Shown: positions 46,256-57,279 of the stretch, one piece after another
Numbering within the stretch: the stretch's first letter is position 1
Layout: every line of letters begins with the position of its first letter
Source of the DNA: an uncultured Gemmatimonadales bacterium
GTDB taxonomy: Bacteria; Gemmatimonadota; Gemmatimonadetes; Gemmatimonadales; GWC2-71-9
Assembly: GCA_963748815.1 (NCBI GenBank)
Contig: CAVVKJ010000010.1
Span: 928,001-992,000 of the forward strand
Length of the DNA: 64,000 bases
Direction of reading: 5' to 3'
Position numbers and translations under genes: made by a program
The notes under the pieces: model-generated
Told to the model about the DNA's origin: nothing
Seen by the model: the letters and a program-made list of their open reading frames with translations, nothing else
The model's database searches: none

Positions 46256-46632
46256 CGGGGCGCCTCCAGCCGATGGGGCTCTTCCCGCGCCTGCGCCAGC
46301 AACCGCTCCGCGAAGTCGAGCCGTTCCTCCAGTTCGTGTACGCGATAGTTCAGGGCGTCGACTTCGTTGAGTCGGGCGTCGAGCTCGGCCAGCCGGTCGG
46401 TAATCACCTCGCCGGTGATCTCCCCGATACCGCCCTGGGGTCCGCGTTTCAGGGCAAGATGCCGGCGGATGCCGAGGACGACCATCGAGATCGCTCCGAC
46501 ACCGGCCACCAACGTCTCCGGGTTCTCCGGGCCGGCCAGACTTCCGGCGACGATCATCATGAAGCCGGTCACGCCGACCTGAATGACGATGTCCACCCCG
46601 TCCAGTCCGACGAGCCTTCGGATCCAGCTCAC
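46252..46632 (-). CDS. Array member 8: 2-TM protein with ELEERLDFAERLL
   Basis: 126 aa, MSWIRRLVGLDGVD... Confidence 0.85.
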   Translation of the reverse strand: MSWIRRLVGLDGVDIVIQVGVTGFMMIVAGSLAGPENPETLVAGVGAISMVVLGIRRHLALKRGPQGGIGEITGEVITDRLAELDARLNEVDALNYRVHELEERLDFAERLLAQAREEPHRLEAPR

Positions 46633-47000
46633 CGCCCCTCCTCGAGCCGGGCGCGCTTCTCCCGTTCGCTCACCAGCATCCGCTCGGCGAAATCCACCCG
46701 CTCCTCGAGTTCGTGGAGCCTGGCCCGTTCCTGCTCCAGCTGATGGAGCCGGTCGTCGAGCTCCTCCAGCCCCGCCTGGCCGCCGGCGGGCGGGAGGGCG
46801 CGCTGCCTGGCCCGTCCGACAAAGATTCGGGCAACCAGCAGGGCGGCCGACGCCGATAACAGCATCGTGGCGAGAAAGTCGCCGTCGTAGTTGAACTCGC
46901 CGCCGGCACCGCCCACGATGACCGCCACGACGACCGACACGCCCACGTGAATCGTGATGTCCTTGCCGTCGATGCCGAAGATTTCACGAATGCGGCTCAT
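46629..47000 (-). CDS. Array member 7: 2-TM protein with ELEERVDFAERML
   Basis: MSRIREIFGIDGKDITIHVGV; 3' part of the 46629..47537 ORF. Confidence 0.85.
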   Translation of the reverse strand: MSRIREIFGIDGKDITIHVGVSVVVAVIVGGAGGEFNYDGDFLATMLLSASAALLVARIFVGRARQRALPPAGGQAGLEELDDRLHQLEQERARLHELEERVDFAERMLVSEREKRARLEEGR

Positions 47001-47290
47001 TTGCCCTCCTCGATTCTTGCCGGCTCCCGACCCTGCGCCAGCAGCCGCTCTGTGAAGTCGAGGCGCTCCTCCAGCTCGGCCATCCGTTGGTAGACCAGGT
47101 CGGTCTCGCCGGTCACCGGCCGCGTGGCCTCGAGCGCCTCGAGGCGCGCCTCCAGCGCCGCCGGCACCGCCCCGCCGCGCACCCGGTCGGCCAGCGCCTT
47201 GATGACCGGCGACATCGCCGCCCAGAAGGCGACGTTGATGACGCCGATCGCGATCCAGAACGCGAAGTCGCCGATGCCGTCGCCCATCAC
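46997..47290 (-). CDS. Array member 6: 1-TM protein with ELEERLDFTERLL
   Basis: 97 aa; SPVIKALADRV helix. Confidence 0.85.
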   Translation of the reverse strand: MMGDGIGDFAFWIAIGVINVAFWAAMSPVIKALADRVRGGAVPAALEARLEALEATRPVTGETDLVYQRMAELEERLDFTERLLAQGREPARIEEGK

Positions 47291-47574
47291 TCGCTCCTGG
47301 CGTGAGGGTCGGGCCGCCGGGGCTCTGCGCCGGGAGGCGGAAGAATCCGCTCGGCAAAGTCCACCCGCTCCTCCAATTCGAGCATCCGGTGCCGCAGTGC
47401 CTCGACCTCCGCCAGGCAGGCGTCGAGCTCGGCGGCCAGCGCCGGGTCCGTCCCTCGGCCCGCGATCCGCTCTGCGATCGCCTTCCCGATCGGCCCGGCC
47501 AGGATGAAGGAACCAGCCCAGGCCAGCACGAAGACACCGAGAATCGAGACGCCGAAAATCACACCAGGTTCCAC
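47287..47574 (-). CDS. Array member 5: 1-TM protein with ELEERVDFAERIL
   Basis: 95 aa; GPIGKAIAERI helix. Confidence 0.85.
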   Translation of the reverse strand: MEPGVIFGVSILGVFVLAWAGSFILAGPIGKAIAERIAGRGTDPALAAELDACLAEVEALRHRMLELEERVDFAERILPPPGAEPRRPDPHARSE

Positions 47575-47586
47575 GTCGCCCCCCGC

Positions 47587-47874
47587 CTACGAACCGATCC
47601 GCGGCTGCTCACGCTGCTGCGCGAGGAGCCGCTCGGTGAAGTCCAGCCGCTCCTCGAGCTCGTGGAGCCGGTCGACCTGCTGCTCCAGCTCGGCCACGCG
47701 CCCCTGGAGCTGCTTCGAGGTCTGGCAACGCCTGCGCATCCGCTTGCCCATTGGTGCCCTCGATCCGACGGGCCCACGCCTTTCCCAAGCGGGCCGCGGA
47801 GAATGATGACCCCCGCGACGGAGAACATCAGAAGATCCGCTCACAAAGATGCTCGCAATGTCGCCCGACCCCAT
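47587..47874 (-). CDS. Array member 4: 1-TM protein with ELEERLDFTERLL; internal compensating frameshifts
   Basis: TM and GPLGK lie in an alternate frame (47559..47828); C-terminal motif is in the main frame. Confidence 0.75.
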   Translation of the reverse strand: MGSGDIASIFVSGSSDVLRRGGHHSPRPAWERRGPVGSRAPMGKRMRRRCQTSKQLQGRVAELEQQVDRLHELEERLDFTERLLAQQREQPRIGS

Positions 47875-47886
47875 GGTGCCCCGTCG

Positions 47887-48249
47887 CTAGTGTGGGAGCC
47901 GGGCCTGCTCACGCTGCTGCGCGAGGAGTCGCTCGGTGAAATCCAGTCGCTCTTCGAGCTCGTGGACGATGCCCTGGCGCTGCTCGAGGTCGGCCACTCG
48001 CGCGCGCAGATCCTCGAGCTCAGCCAGGACCATCGGATCCAGACGCTGCTTCCCCTCGATCCGCCGCGCGATGGCGCGGATGAGCGGGAAGGTGATCAGC
48101 GCCGTCGCGGCGAAGAACCCCAACGCGATCATGACGACCGCCGGCGTCCCGAGGAACGCCCAGGGTGGCAGGACTTCCATGGGGGGCAACGGCGGAATCG
48201 GTGCGACCACCACCTCGCCCTGCGCCAGCAACGGCCAAATTCCGATCAT
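47887..48249 (-). CDS. Array member 3: Pro-rich N-terminus, 1 TM, ELEERLDFTERLL
   Basis: 120 aa; FPLIRAIARRI helix. Confidence 0.85.
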   Translation of the reverse strand: MIGIWPLLAQGEVVVAPIPPLPPMEVLPPWAFLGTPAVVMIALGFFAATALITFPLIRAIARRIEGKQRLDPMVLAELEDLRARVADLEQRQGIVHELEERLDFTERLLAQQREQARLPH

Positions 48250-48509
48250 CGTGCACCTCCAGGCGGCAATCCGGCCACGTCCCGCTGTTGGGCAATCAGT
48301 CGTTCGGCAAAATCCAGCCGCTCCTCCAACTCCAACATCCGATCACGCAGCGCGTCGACCTCCTCGGGCAGGTGCGCATCGTGTGACGGCACACCGCCAC
48401 CTTCGAGTTTCCGCAGCAGCGCCTTCCGTATCGGCACCGCGAAGAAGAAGACCAGCGCGATGCCGGAAGAGAGCAGCATCATCATGGCGATGAATTCTTC
48501 GTGCGGCAC
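48246..48509 (-). CDS. Array member 2: 1-TM protein with ELEERLDFAERLI
   Basis: 87 aa; GTG start with GAGGAG SD. Confidence 0.85.
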   Translation of the reverse strand: MPHEEFIAMMMLLSSGIALVFFFAVPIRKALLRKLEGGGVPSHDAHLPEEVDALRDRMLELEERLDFAERLIAQQRDVAGLPPGGAR

Positions 48510-48520
48510 GGCGCGCTCCT

Positions 48521-48778
48521 CTAGCTCGGCGGAAGTTGAGACGGGTCGCGGCGCTCGGCCAGCAGCCGCTCGGTAAAGTCCACTCGCTCGTGCAACTCCG
48601 ACATCTGCGCCCTCAGATCGTCAATCTCTGCGAGGAGCTGCGGGTCGGGCGGGGCCAGTTCATGGGTCTTGGCCCGGATCCGCTCGGCGTACGCCTTGCC
48701 GATCGGGCTGATGGAGAGCAGGAAGACGGTTCCGCCCCCAAAGATGAAAATGATGGCCAGTACGCCTTCCATGTCCAC
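48521..48778 (-). CDS. Array member 1: 1-TM protein with ELHERVDFTERLL
   Basis: 85 aa; SPIGKAYAERI helix; GGAG SD. Confidence 0.85.
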   Translation of the reverse strand: MDMEGVLAIIFIFGGGTVFLLSISPIGKAYAERIRAKTHELAPPDPQLLAEIDDLRAQMSELHERVDFTERLLAERRDPSQLPPS

Positions 48779-48806
48779 TGCCTTCTCCAGGGGTGAATAG
48801 TGGAAG

Positions 48807-48833
48807 TACGGGGTAACGTTTCAATTTGTTTCA
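48807..48833 (-). promoter_or_regulatory. ECF (sigma-W-like) promoter candidate for the array-pspA operon
   Basis: Minus strand TGAAAC-N17-CGTA in an AT-rich spacer; second TGAAAC 10 bp downstream of the first. Confidence 0.55.
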
Positions 48834-48853
48834 TTGCCGTCAATCAGCAGTGG

Positions 48854-49738
48854 TTAACTGCTTTTGCCAGAATGCTTTATCTGGACGAGTCGCTCTCTGG
48901 CCAAGCGCCTCCCGGTCGGGGTCGCGGCCAGCCCACCCCCGGCTGTCTCACGATACCGCACGTCCATCGAGCGGCCAATCTCCCCCATTGTATCGATCAC
49001 CTCGTCGGCCGGGATGGGGAACTCGATCCCGGCGAGCGCCATCTCGATGGCCGCCAGCGCAATCGCCGCCCCCGTCGCGTTCCGAAAGACGCAGGGGATC
49101 TCCACGAGCCCCCCGAGCGGGTCGCAGACCAGCCCCAGGGTGCCCTGCATCGCCAGGGACACGGCGTGCGCCGCCACCGTCGGCGATCCGCCGAGCACCT
49201 CCACCCCGGCCCCGGCGGCCATCGCCGCCGCGGCGCCGGTTTCCGCCTGGCAGCCGCCTTCCGCCCCGCTGAGCGAGGCCCGCACGGCCACCACCGCCCC
49301 GATCAATCCCGCCGTGGCCAGCCCCCGCACCAGCTGCTCGTCCGTCGCGCTGCCGCGTCCGGCCAAACCGAGGAGCACACCGGGCAGCACCCCCGCCCCA
49401 CCGGCGGTCGGCGCGGCCACGATGACCCCCATGGCCGCGTTGACCTCCTGCACCGCGAGGGCACTCGCGAGGACCTCCGTGAAGAGGGTCCCGGAGAGCG
49501 GTCCCGTCAAGCGGTTCAGCTTGGCGGCGTCGCCCCCTACCAGCCCGCTCACGCTTCGCAGATCGCCCGGGAGTCCACGGGCCACCGCCCCACGCATCAC
49601 CTCGAGCGCGCGCGCCAGCCCCCCTTCCAGCTCGGCCCGGCTGCGCAGCCCGTGCGCCACCTCGCGCCTGAGCGCAAACTCGCCCAGCGAGATCCCTGCC
49701 GCTTCGGCCTGGGTCACCGCGTCGTTCAGGGACTCCAT
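48854..49738 (-). CDS. sdaAA: L-serine dehydratase alpha subunit (Fe-S)
   Basis: AAPTAGGAG, GAEGGCQAE, GLVCDP.GGLVEIPC, YRETAGGGLA. Confidence 0.94.
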   Translation of the reverse strand: MESLNDAVTQAEAAGISLGEFALRREVAHGLRSRAELEGGLARALEVMRGAVARGLPGDLRSVSGLVGGDAAKLNRLTGPLSGTLFTEVLASALAVQEVNAAMGVIVAAPTAGGAGVLPGVLLGLAGRGSATDEQLVRGLATAGLIGAVVAVRASLSGAEGGCQAETGAAAAMAAGAGVEVLGGSPTVAAHAVSLAMQGTLGLVCDPLGGLVEIPCVFRNATGAAIALAAIEMALAGIEFPIPADEVIDTMGEIGRSMDVRYRETAGGGLAATPTGRRLARERLVQIKHSGKSS

Positions 49739-50406
49739 CAGCCGTCCACCCTTCCGATCGCCCGGACGCTCTGCACGCGAGGCAGGGCGAGCAACGCCGC
49801 CAGCGCCTCGGCGCCGACGGCCTCGTCGAGCTCGTAGATGTGAATCGCGTGCCCGCCCTTTTCGCGTCGGGACACCTTGATCGTCGCGATATTGCCGCCC
49901 TGCGCCGCCAGCGTGGTCGTGATGGCGGCGACGGCGCCCGGCTGATCGATGGCGACCACCACGAGCGCAGGGAGGGTGCCGGTGATTTCCACCGGGTAGC
50001 CGTCGATGCTCGTGATCACGATGCGGCCGGCACCGATGGACGACCCGACGACGGTGACCTGGCGCTCGTCGCGCGCGAGGGTGAGGCGGGCGGTGTTGGG
50101 GTGGTGATCGCCGCGCAGCTTCGTGTTCTCGAAGGTGACGGCCATGCCCGCGTCGGCCGCCAGCTCGAGGCTCTCGCGCAGCCGCTCGTCGTCGGGCCGG
50201 AAACCAAGCAAGCCCCCGACGAGGGCGCGGTCGGTGCCGTGCCCCTGCCCGGTGCGCGCGAACGAGCCGTGCAGCTCGATGCGCGCCCGATCGGGCTGGC
50301 CGCCGAGCAGCGCCCGGGCGAAGAGGCCGATGCGGCAGGCCCCCGCCGTGTGGGACGACGAGGGCCCGACCATCACCGGTCCGATGATATCAAGGAGTGA
50401 GATCAT
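49738..50406 (-). CDS. sdaAB: L-serine dehydratase beta subunit (ACT domain)
   Basis: DIIGPVMVGPSSSHTAGA, GHGTDRAL, HPNT and SSIGAG motifs. Confidence 0.94.
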   Translation of the reverse strand: MISLLDIIGPVMVGPSSSHTAGACRIGLFARALLGGQPDRARIELHGSFARTGQGHGTDRALVGGLLGFRPDDERLRESLELAADAGMAVTFENTKLRGDHHPNTARLTLARDERQVTVVGSSIGAGRIVITSIDGYPVEITGTLPALVVVAIDQPGAVAAITTTLAAQGGNIATIKVSRREKGGHAIHIYELDEAVGAEALAALLALPRVQSVRAIGRVDG

Positions 50407-50409
50407 TCG

Positions 50410-50625
50410 TCAGAGCAGTTCCACCTGCTGGATGTCGCCGAGGGACAACGCGATTTCCGTGTCCTCGACGCCGAGAGGCCGCAGGTAGACCTCGTGGGCG
50501 GTCACGTGGGCGTCGAGCGACGTCGGGATGCCCGAGATCTCGGTCGTGTCGGAGAGGACAATCCGGACCGGCTGGTCGTGGTCCCCCGCGTACCCCAGCA
50601 GGCTGACCACTTCGTCAAACGTCAT
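50410..50625 (-). CDS. Small hypothetical protein (possible Sm-like beta fold)
   Basis: MTFDEVVSLLGYAGDH...IQQVELL, 71 aa, GGAGG SD. Confidence 0.6.
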   Translation of the reverse strand: MTFDEVVSLLGYAGDHDQPVRIVLSDTTEISGIPTSLDAHVTAHEVYLRPLGVEDTEIALSLGDIQQVELL

Positions 50626-50696
50626 CTTCGCCTCCTGGTCAGGGTCTCCGATCAATGTACGGATGCCGTCAGGGTGCCGCCAGCGACCTGCCGGCC

Positions 50697-53567
<2,871 letters not shown>

Positions 53568-53690
53568 AGCCTTGGAGGATACCCCGGACCGGCATCGGGA
53601 TTCAACTCTCCCCGCGAGACGCCGGGAGGCCGGCCGTTCCCTTTTCCGGCGCCCCCAGACACTTTTCCTCATTCCGGGGTTCGTGAACCC

Positions 53691-53718
53691 CTTCCCGCTT
53701 CCCCGCTTCCCCGCCTCC
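53691..53718. repeat. GCGGGGAA-type repeat (reverse orientation, about 3 units)
   Basis: cttcccgcttccccgcttccccgcctcc. Confidence 0.65.
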
Positions 53719-53719
53719 A

Positions 53720-54521
53720 ATGCGCCGTTCGAAACACAGCAGGACCAGCGGTCGCCAGCAGGCACTGGGAGACCTCTTCGCCCCCGACACGCTCGAGGGC
53801 GACCCGACACCCCGGGCCGCGGACGCGCATTTCTCGCTTCGCCCGTTCGCGGGGGAGATGCCGCAGGCGGTCGGGGTCGATCCGCACGCGGAGGCGGCGG
53901 AAGAACCGCCGGCGCGGCTCCTGCGGCTGGCGCGGGAGGCGGCCAAGCCGGGACCGCCGCGCGGAGGCCGAGGCCTTCTTTTTGGAGCTGCTCGAACTCG
54001 CGCCCTCCCACCTCGAGGGGCGAGTGGAAATCGCCCGACTCCACGAGCGCCAGGGCCGGGAGGAAGAGGCCTATGTGCACCTGAGCAAGGCGGTCGAGTT
54101 GAATGCCGAGCTTGTCGCCCCGCTCGTGGCCCGCGGCGCCTTCCTTGCCCGCCTGAAACGGCACGCCGACGCGGAGGCGGACCTCCACCGCGCACTTCGG
54201 CTGGCCCCCCAGGACGTCGATGCGCACTTCGAGCTGGGCTTCGCGCTGTGGCGCAAGGGACTTGCGACCGAGGCAGCGGAATACCTCCGCCGGGCCGCCA
54301 CCCTGGCGCCGGAGCGCGCCGACGCCGAGCACTACCTCGGCGAGTCGCTGCACCAGCTCGGGGACGACATCGGCGCGCTGGCGGCCCTCGAGCGCGCAGC
54401 GACACTCGACGCCGGCAATCCGAAGCCGCTGCAAATGATGGGGCGGGTGCTCGACCGCCTGGGCCGGCCGGAGGAGGCCCGGGAGATGTACCGGCGGGCG
54501 CGGGAGGCGGCGCCACGATGA
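53720..54521 (+). CDS. TPR protein; frameshift near 53950
   Basis: TPR helices ([26 protein letters not shown]); N-terminus in the 53720 frame; start uncertain. Confidence 0.75.
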
Positions 54522-55021
54522 TCGAGGTGGTGGTCGACGACCTGGCCTTCCTCCAGGTCGACGCCGTGCTGCGCCCCGCGAGCGACACCCTCGACCCGGT
54601 CGCGTCGGTCTCCAGTCGGCTGGATCAGCTCGCGGGCCCGGCGTTCGCCGAGGAACGGCGGATCCAGTCGGCCATGGAGGTCGGCTCGGCGGTGGTGACC
54701 GGGGCCGGCGAGCTGAACGCGCAATTCGTCATCCACGCCGTGATCCAGGGCGACCGGTCGAACGCGACCACCGATTCCGTCCGCCGCGCGCTCACCTCGG
54801 CGTGGCAACGCGCGGCGGCCTGGGGATTGGACCGGATTGCCGGACCGCCGATCGGCGCCGGGGCCGGCCAGCTGGGATTGGCCGATGCCGCCGAGCTGAT
54901 GGCCCAGACGTTCGTGGCACATTGCCGCACCGGGCGCCCACCGACGTCGCTGCAGATCGTCGTCGACCGGGACGACGAGCGCGACATCATCGAGGCCGCC
55001 ATCCGGCGGGTCGACCGCTGA
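54518..55021 (+). CDS. Macro domain protein (degenerate)
   Basis: [31 protein letters not shown] and P.IGAG motifs. Confidence 0.82.
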   Translation: MIEVVVDDLAFLQVDAVLRPASDTLDPVASVSSRLDQLAGPAFAEERRIQSAMEVGSAVVTGAGELNAQFVIHAVIQGDRSNATTDSVRRALTSAWQRAAAWGLDRIAGPPIGAGAGQLGLADAAELMAQTFVAHCRTGRPPTSLQIVVDRDDERDIIEAAIRRVDR

Positions 55022-56524
55022 AACGCAAGTACCTGGCGCTCTGGCTCGTGCTCGCCTGGGTCGGCGCGCTCGGCTGGCTGGTGGCGCGCGAATATCGTCC
55101 CGTGTCCGGCGGCGCGAACTCGGCGGGCGCAGAGATTCGCCTCCCGCCGACCACCTCGTTCTATGCGCTGCTGGCGGGCAGCGAGCAAGTCGGATTTCGC
55201 TCGGTCAGCACCGACACCCTGCCGAACGGCATCCGGGTGACCTCCCGCATCGACGTGGATCTCCCCCTCCCCCTGGTGCCGAGGCGGCTCCTTTCGACGA
55301 CGGAGGCACTGTACGATCCGCGGCTTCGCCTTGTCTCCTACACGACGACCATCAGTGGGGAGGCGGGACAGCAGACGTTGAAGGGTACGGTGGGGATGGA
55401 CAGCGTGCTGACGGTGGTGATCACTGGCCGGGGGCAGACCCGGCCCGACACCGTGGCGCTCCCCCTCCCCGCCGACGCGCTCCTGCCGGATGCGGTGTCG
55501 ATCCGGCTCGCCGCAGGCGACGGGCTGAAGGCGGGGGACACTGCCTCCCTCGTCATTTTCGATCCGGTTGAGCTGTCGGTCGCCTCGTGGCACATCGAGA
55601 TCGGCGCGGAGAGCACCTTCGTGGTGGCCGACAGCGCGGTCATCGACTCGGCGTCGGGGCGATGGATCCCGTCGGGGCTCGATACCATTCAGACCCTGCG
55701 CGCCACCTGGTCCGAATTCGGCCTGCCGGTGCGGGCGTGGATCGACCGACGGGGGACGGTCCTCCAGCGGGAGACGCCGTTGGGGCTGACGGAGCGGCGC
55801 GGCCCGTACGAAATCGTCAACACCGGTTACCTTCGGCGGCGATCGCGCAACGTGCAGGCGGTGCCGCTCGAGGTGTCGACCCCCGGCGCAGTGCGTGCCG
55901 GTCCGGGACGGGTAATGCTCGGCCCGGTGGACCTGACACTCGCCGCGCCCGCGCTGACGACGCCCTGGCAGGCCGTCCTGCGGGGAGCGATCGAGACGCG
56001 TCCTGCCGCGACCGTGCCACGGCCGCGTTCGTCGGCCTCCGCCGATTCGATCCCCTTCGGCTATCGCGACCCGCCTTCGGCCGGCTCGATCGTGGTCGAA
56101 GCGCGGCGCATTGCGCGTACCGACTCGGTGGAGCCCGCGGAGGTGGTGCGCCGGCTCACGGCGTGGATCGCGAACAGCATCCGCGCAGGGCAGCCGAACC
56201 CCGGCGGACCCGCCGAGACCTTGCGCGCCCGCAGCGGCGACAGTTCCGACCGCGCCGCACTCCTCGCGGCCATGGCCCGGGCGCTGGGCGTTCCCGCCCG
56301 CCCGGTGGCCGGGTTGCTCTCGACCGGGCGGACGACCGCGGTACCGCGCCTGGACGGAAGTGTGGCTTGGCGAGTGGATTCCGGTGGACCCGACGCTGGC
56401 CCAATTTCCGGCCGACGGCGGGCACATCCGCCTCCTGATCGACGCGACGGCGCGGCCCCTGACGATTGTCCCGATGCTCGGGGCCGTGCATCCCACCCTC
56501 CTCACTATGACGACGGCGCCATGA
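55018..56524 (+). CDS. Membrane-anchored transglutaminase-like protein, catalytic residues altered; frameshift near 56335
   Basis: N-terminal TM; RSGDSSDRAALLAAMARALGVPAR; YRAWTEVWLGEWIPVDPT; probable CTG start. Confidence 0.75.
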
Positions 56525-57279
56525 TCCAGTTGCGCGACCTCTCGAAAAACTATGGCCGCTTCACCGCGGTGGATCGCCTGTCGCTGGAAGTGCCGAAGGG
56601 CGAGCTGTTCGGATTCCTGGGGCCAAACGGCGCCGGGAAGACCACCACCCTGCGCATGATTGCCGGCATCCTGCAGCCGACCGGTGGCTCGGTGAGCATC
56701 GGCGGTGCAGACATCCATCAGAATCCGGAAGAGGCGAAGGCCAAGCTCGGGTTCATTCCGGACCGGCCGTATGTGTACGAGAAGCTGACGGGCGCCGAAT
56801 TCCTGCGCTTCGTCGCGGCGCTGTACGGCCAGGAGGGGGCCGGCGTGGAAAAGCGGATGGATGAGCTGCTCGAGCTGTTCGAGCTGGCCCCCTGGAAGGA
56901 CGAGTTGACGGAGTCGTACAGTCACGGAATGCGGCAGAAGCTCCTGATCTCCAGCGCGCTGGTCCACCGGCCGGAGGTGGTCGTCGTCGACGAGCCGATG
57001 GTGGGACTCGACCCGAAGAGCGCGCGCACGCTCAAGGATCTGCTCCGCGCGTTCGTCGACCGCGGCGGCACGGTGCTGATGAGCACCCACACCCTCGAGG
57101 TGGCCGAGGCGATGTGCGACCGCATCGCGATCATCCACCACGGCACGCTGGCGGCCTCGGGAACGATGGCGGACCTGCGGCGGGAGACGGCATCCGAGGG
57201 GCTGACCCTCGAGCGGCTCTTTCTCAAGCTCACCGGCGGCGAGGTGCCGCAGTCGCTGAGCGGCATGTTTGATGACTGA
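56521..57279 (+). CDS. ABC transporter ATP-binding protein
   Basis: GPNGAGKTT, YSHGMRQK, DEPMVGLDP and STH motifs. Confidence 0.95.
   Translation: MIQLRDLSKNYGRFTAVDRLSLEVPKGELFGFLGPNGAGKTTTLRMIAGILQPTGGSVSIGGADIHQNPEEAKAKLGFIPDRPYVYEKLTGAEFLRFVAALYGQEGAGVEKRMDELLELFELAPWKDELTESYSHGMRQKLLISSALVHRPEVVVVDEPMVGLDPKSARTLKDLLRAFVDRGGTVLMSTHTLEVAEAMCDRIAIIHHGTLAASGTMADLRRETASEGLTLERLFLKLTGGEVPQSLSGMFDD

Noticed and set aside
45260..48600. CRISPR array or integron attC cassettes as explanation of the periodic repeat
   Set aside because: The repeats are in-frame coding sequence with third-position variation, spaced about 300-380 bp; no palindromic attC, cas or integrase gene.
53568..54434. Apparent 1245-aa extended UvrA
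   Set aside because: The extension is antisense to the TPR gene; UvrA similarity begins at MAEEYL (53567).
54802..57279. Transglutaminase-ABC ATPase fusion (825 aa)
   Set aside because: Produced by an indel near 56335; the transglutaminase C-terminus is in another frame and stops at 56524, overlapping the ABC ATG at 56521.
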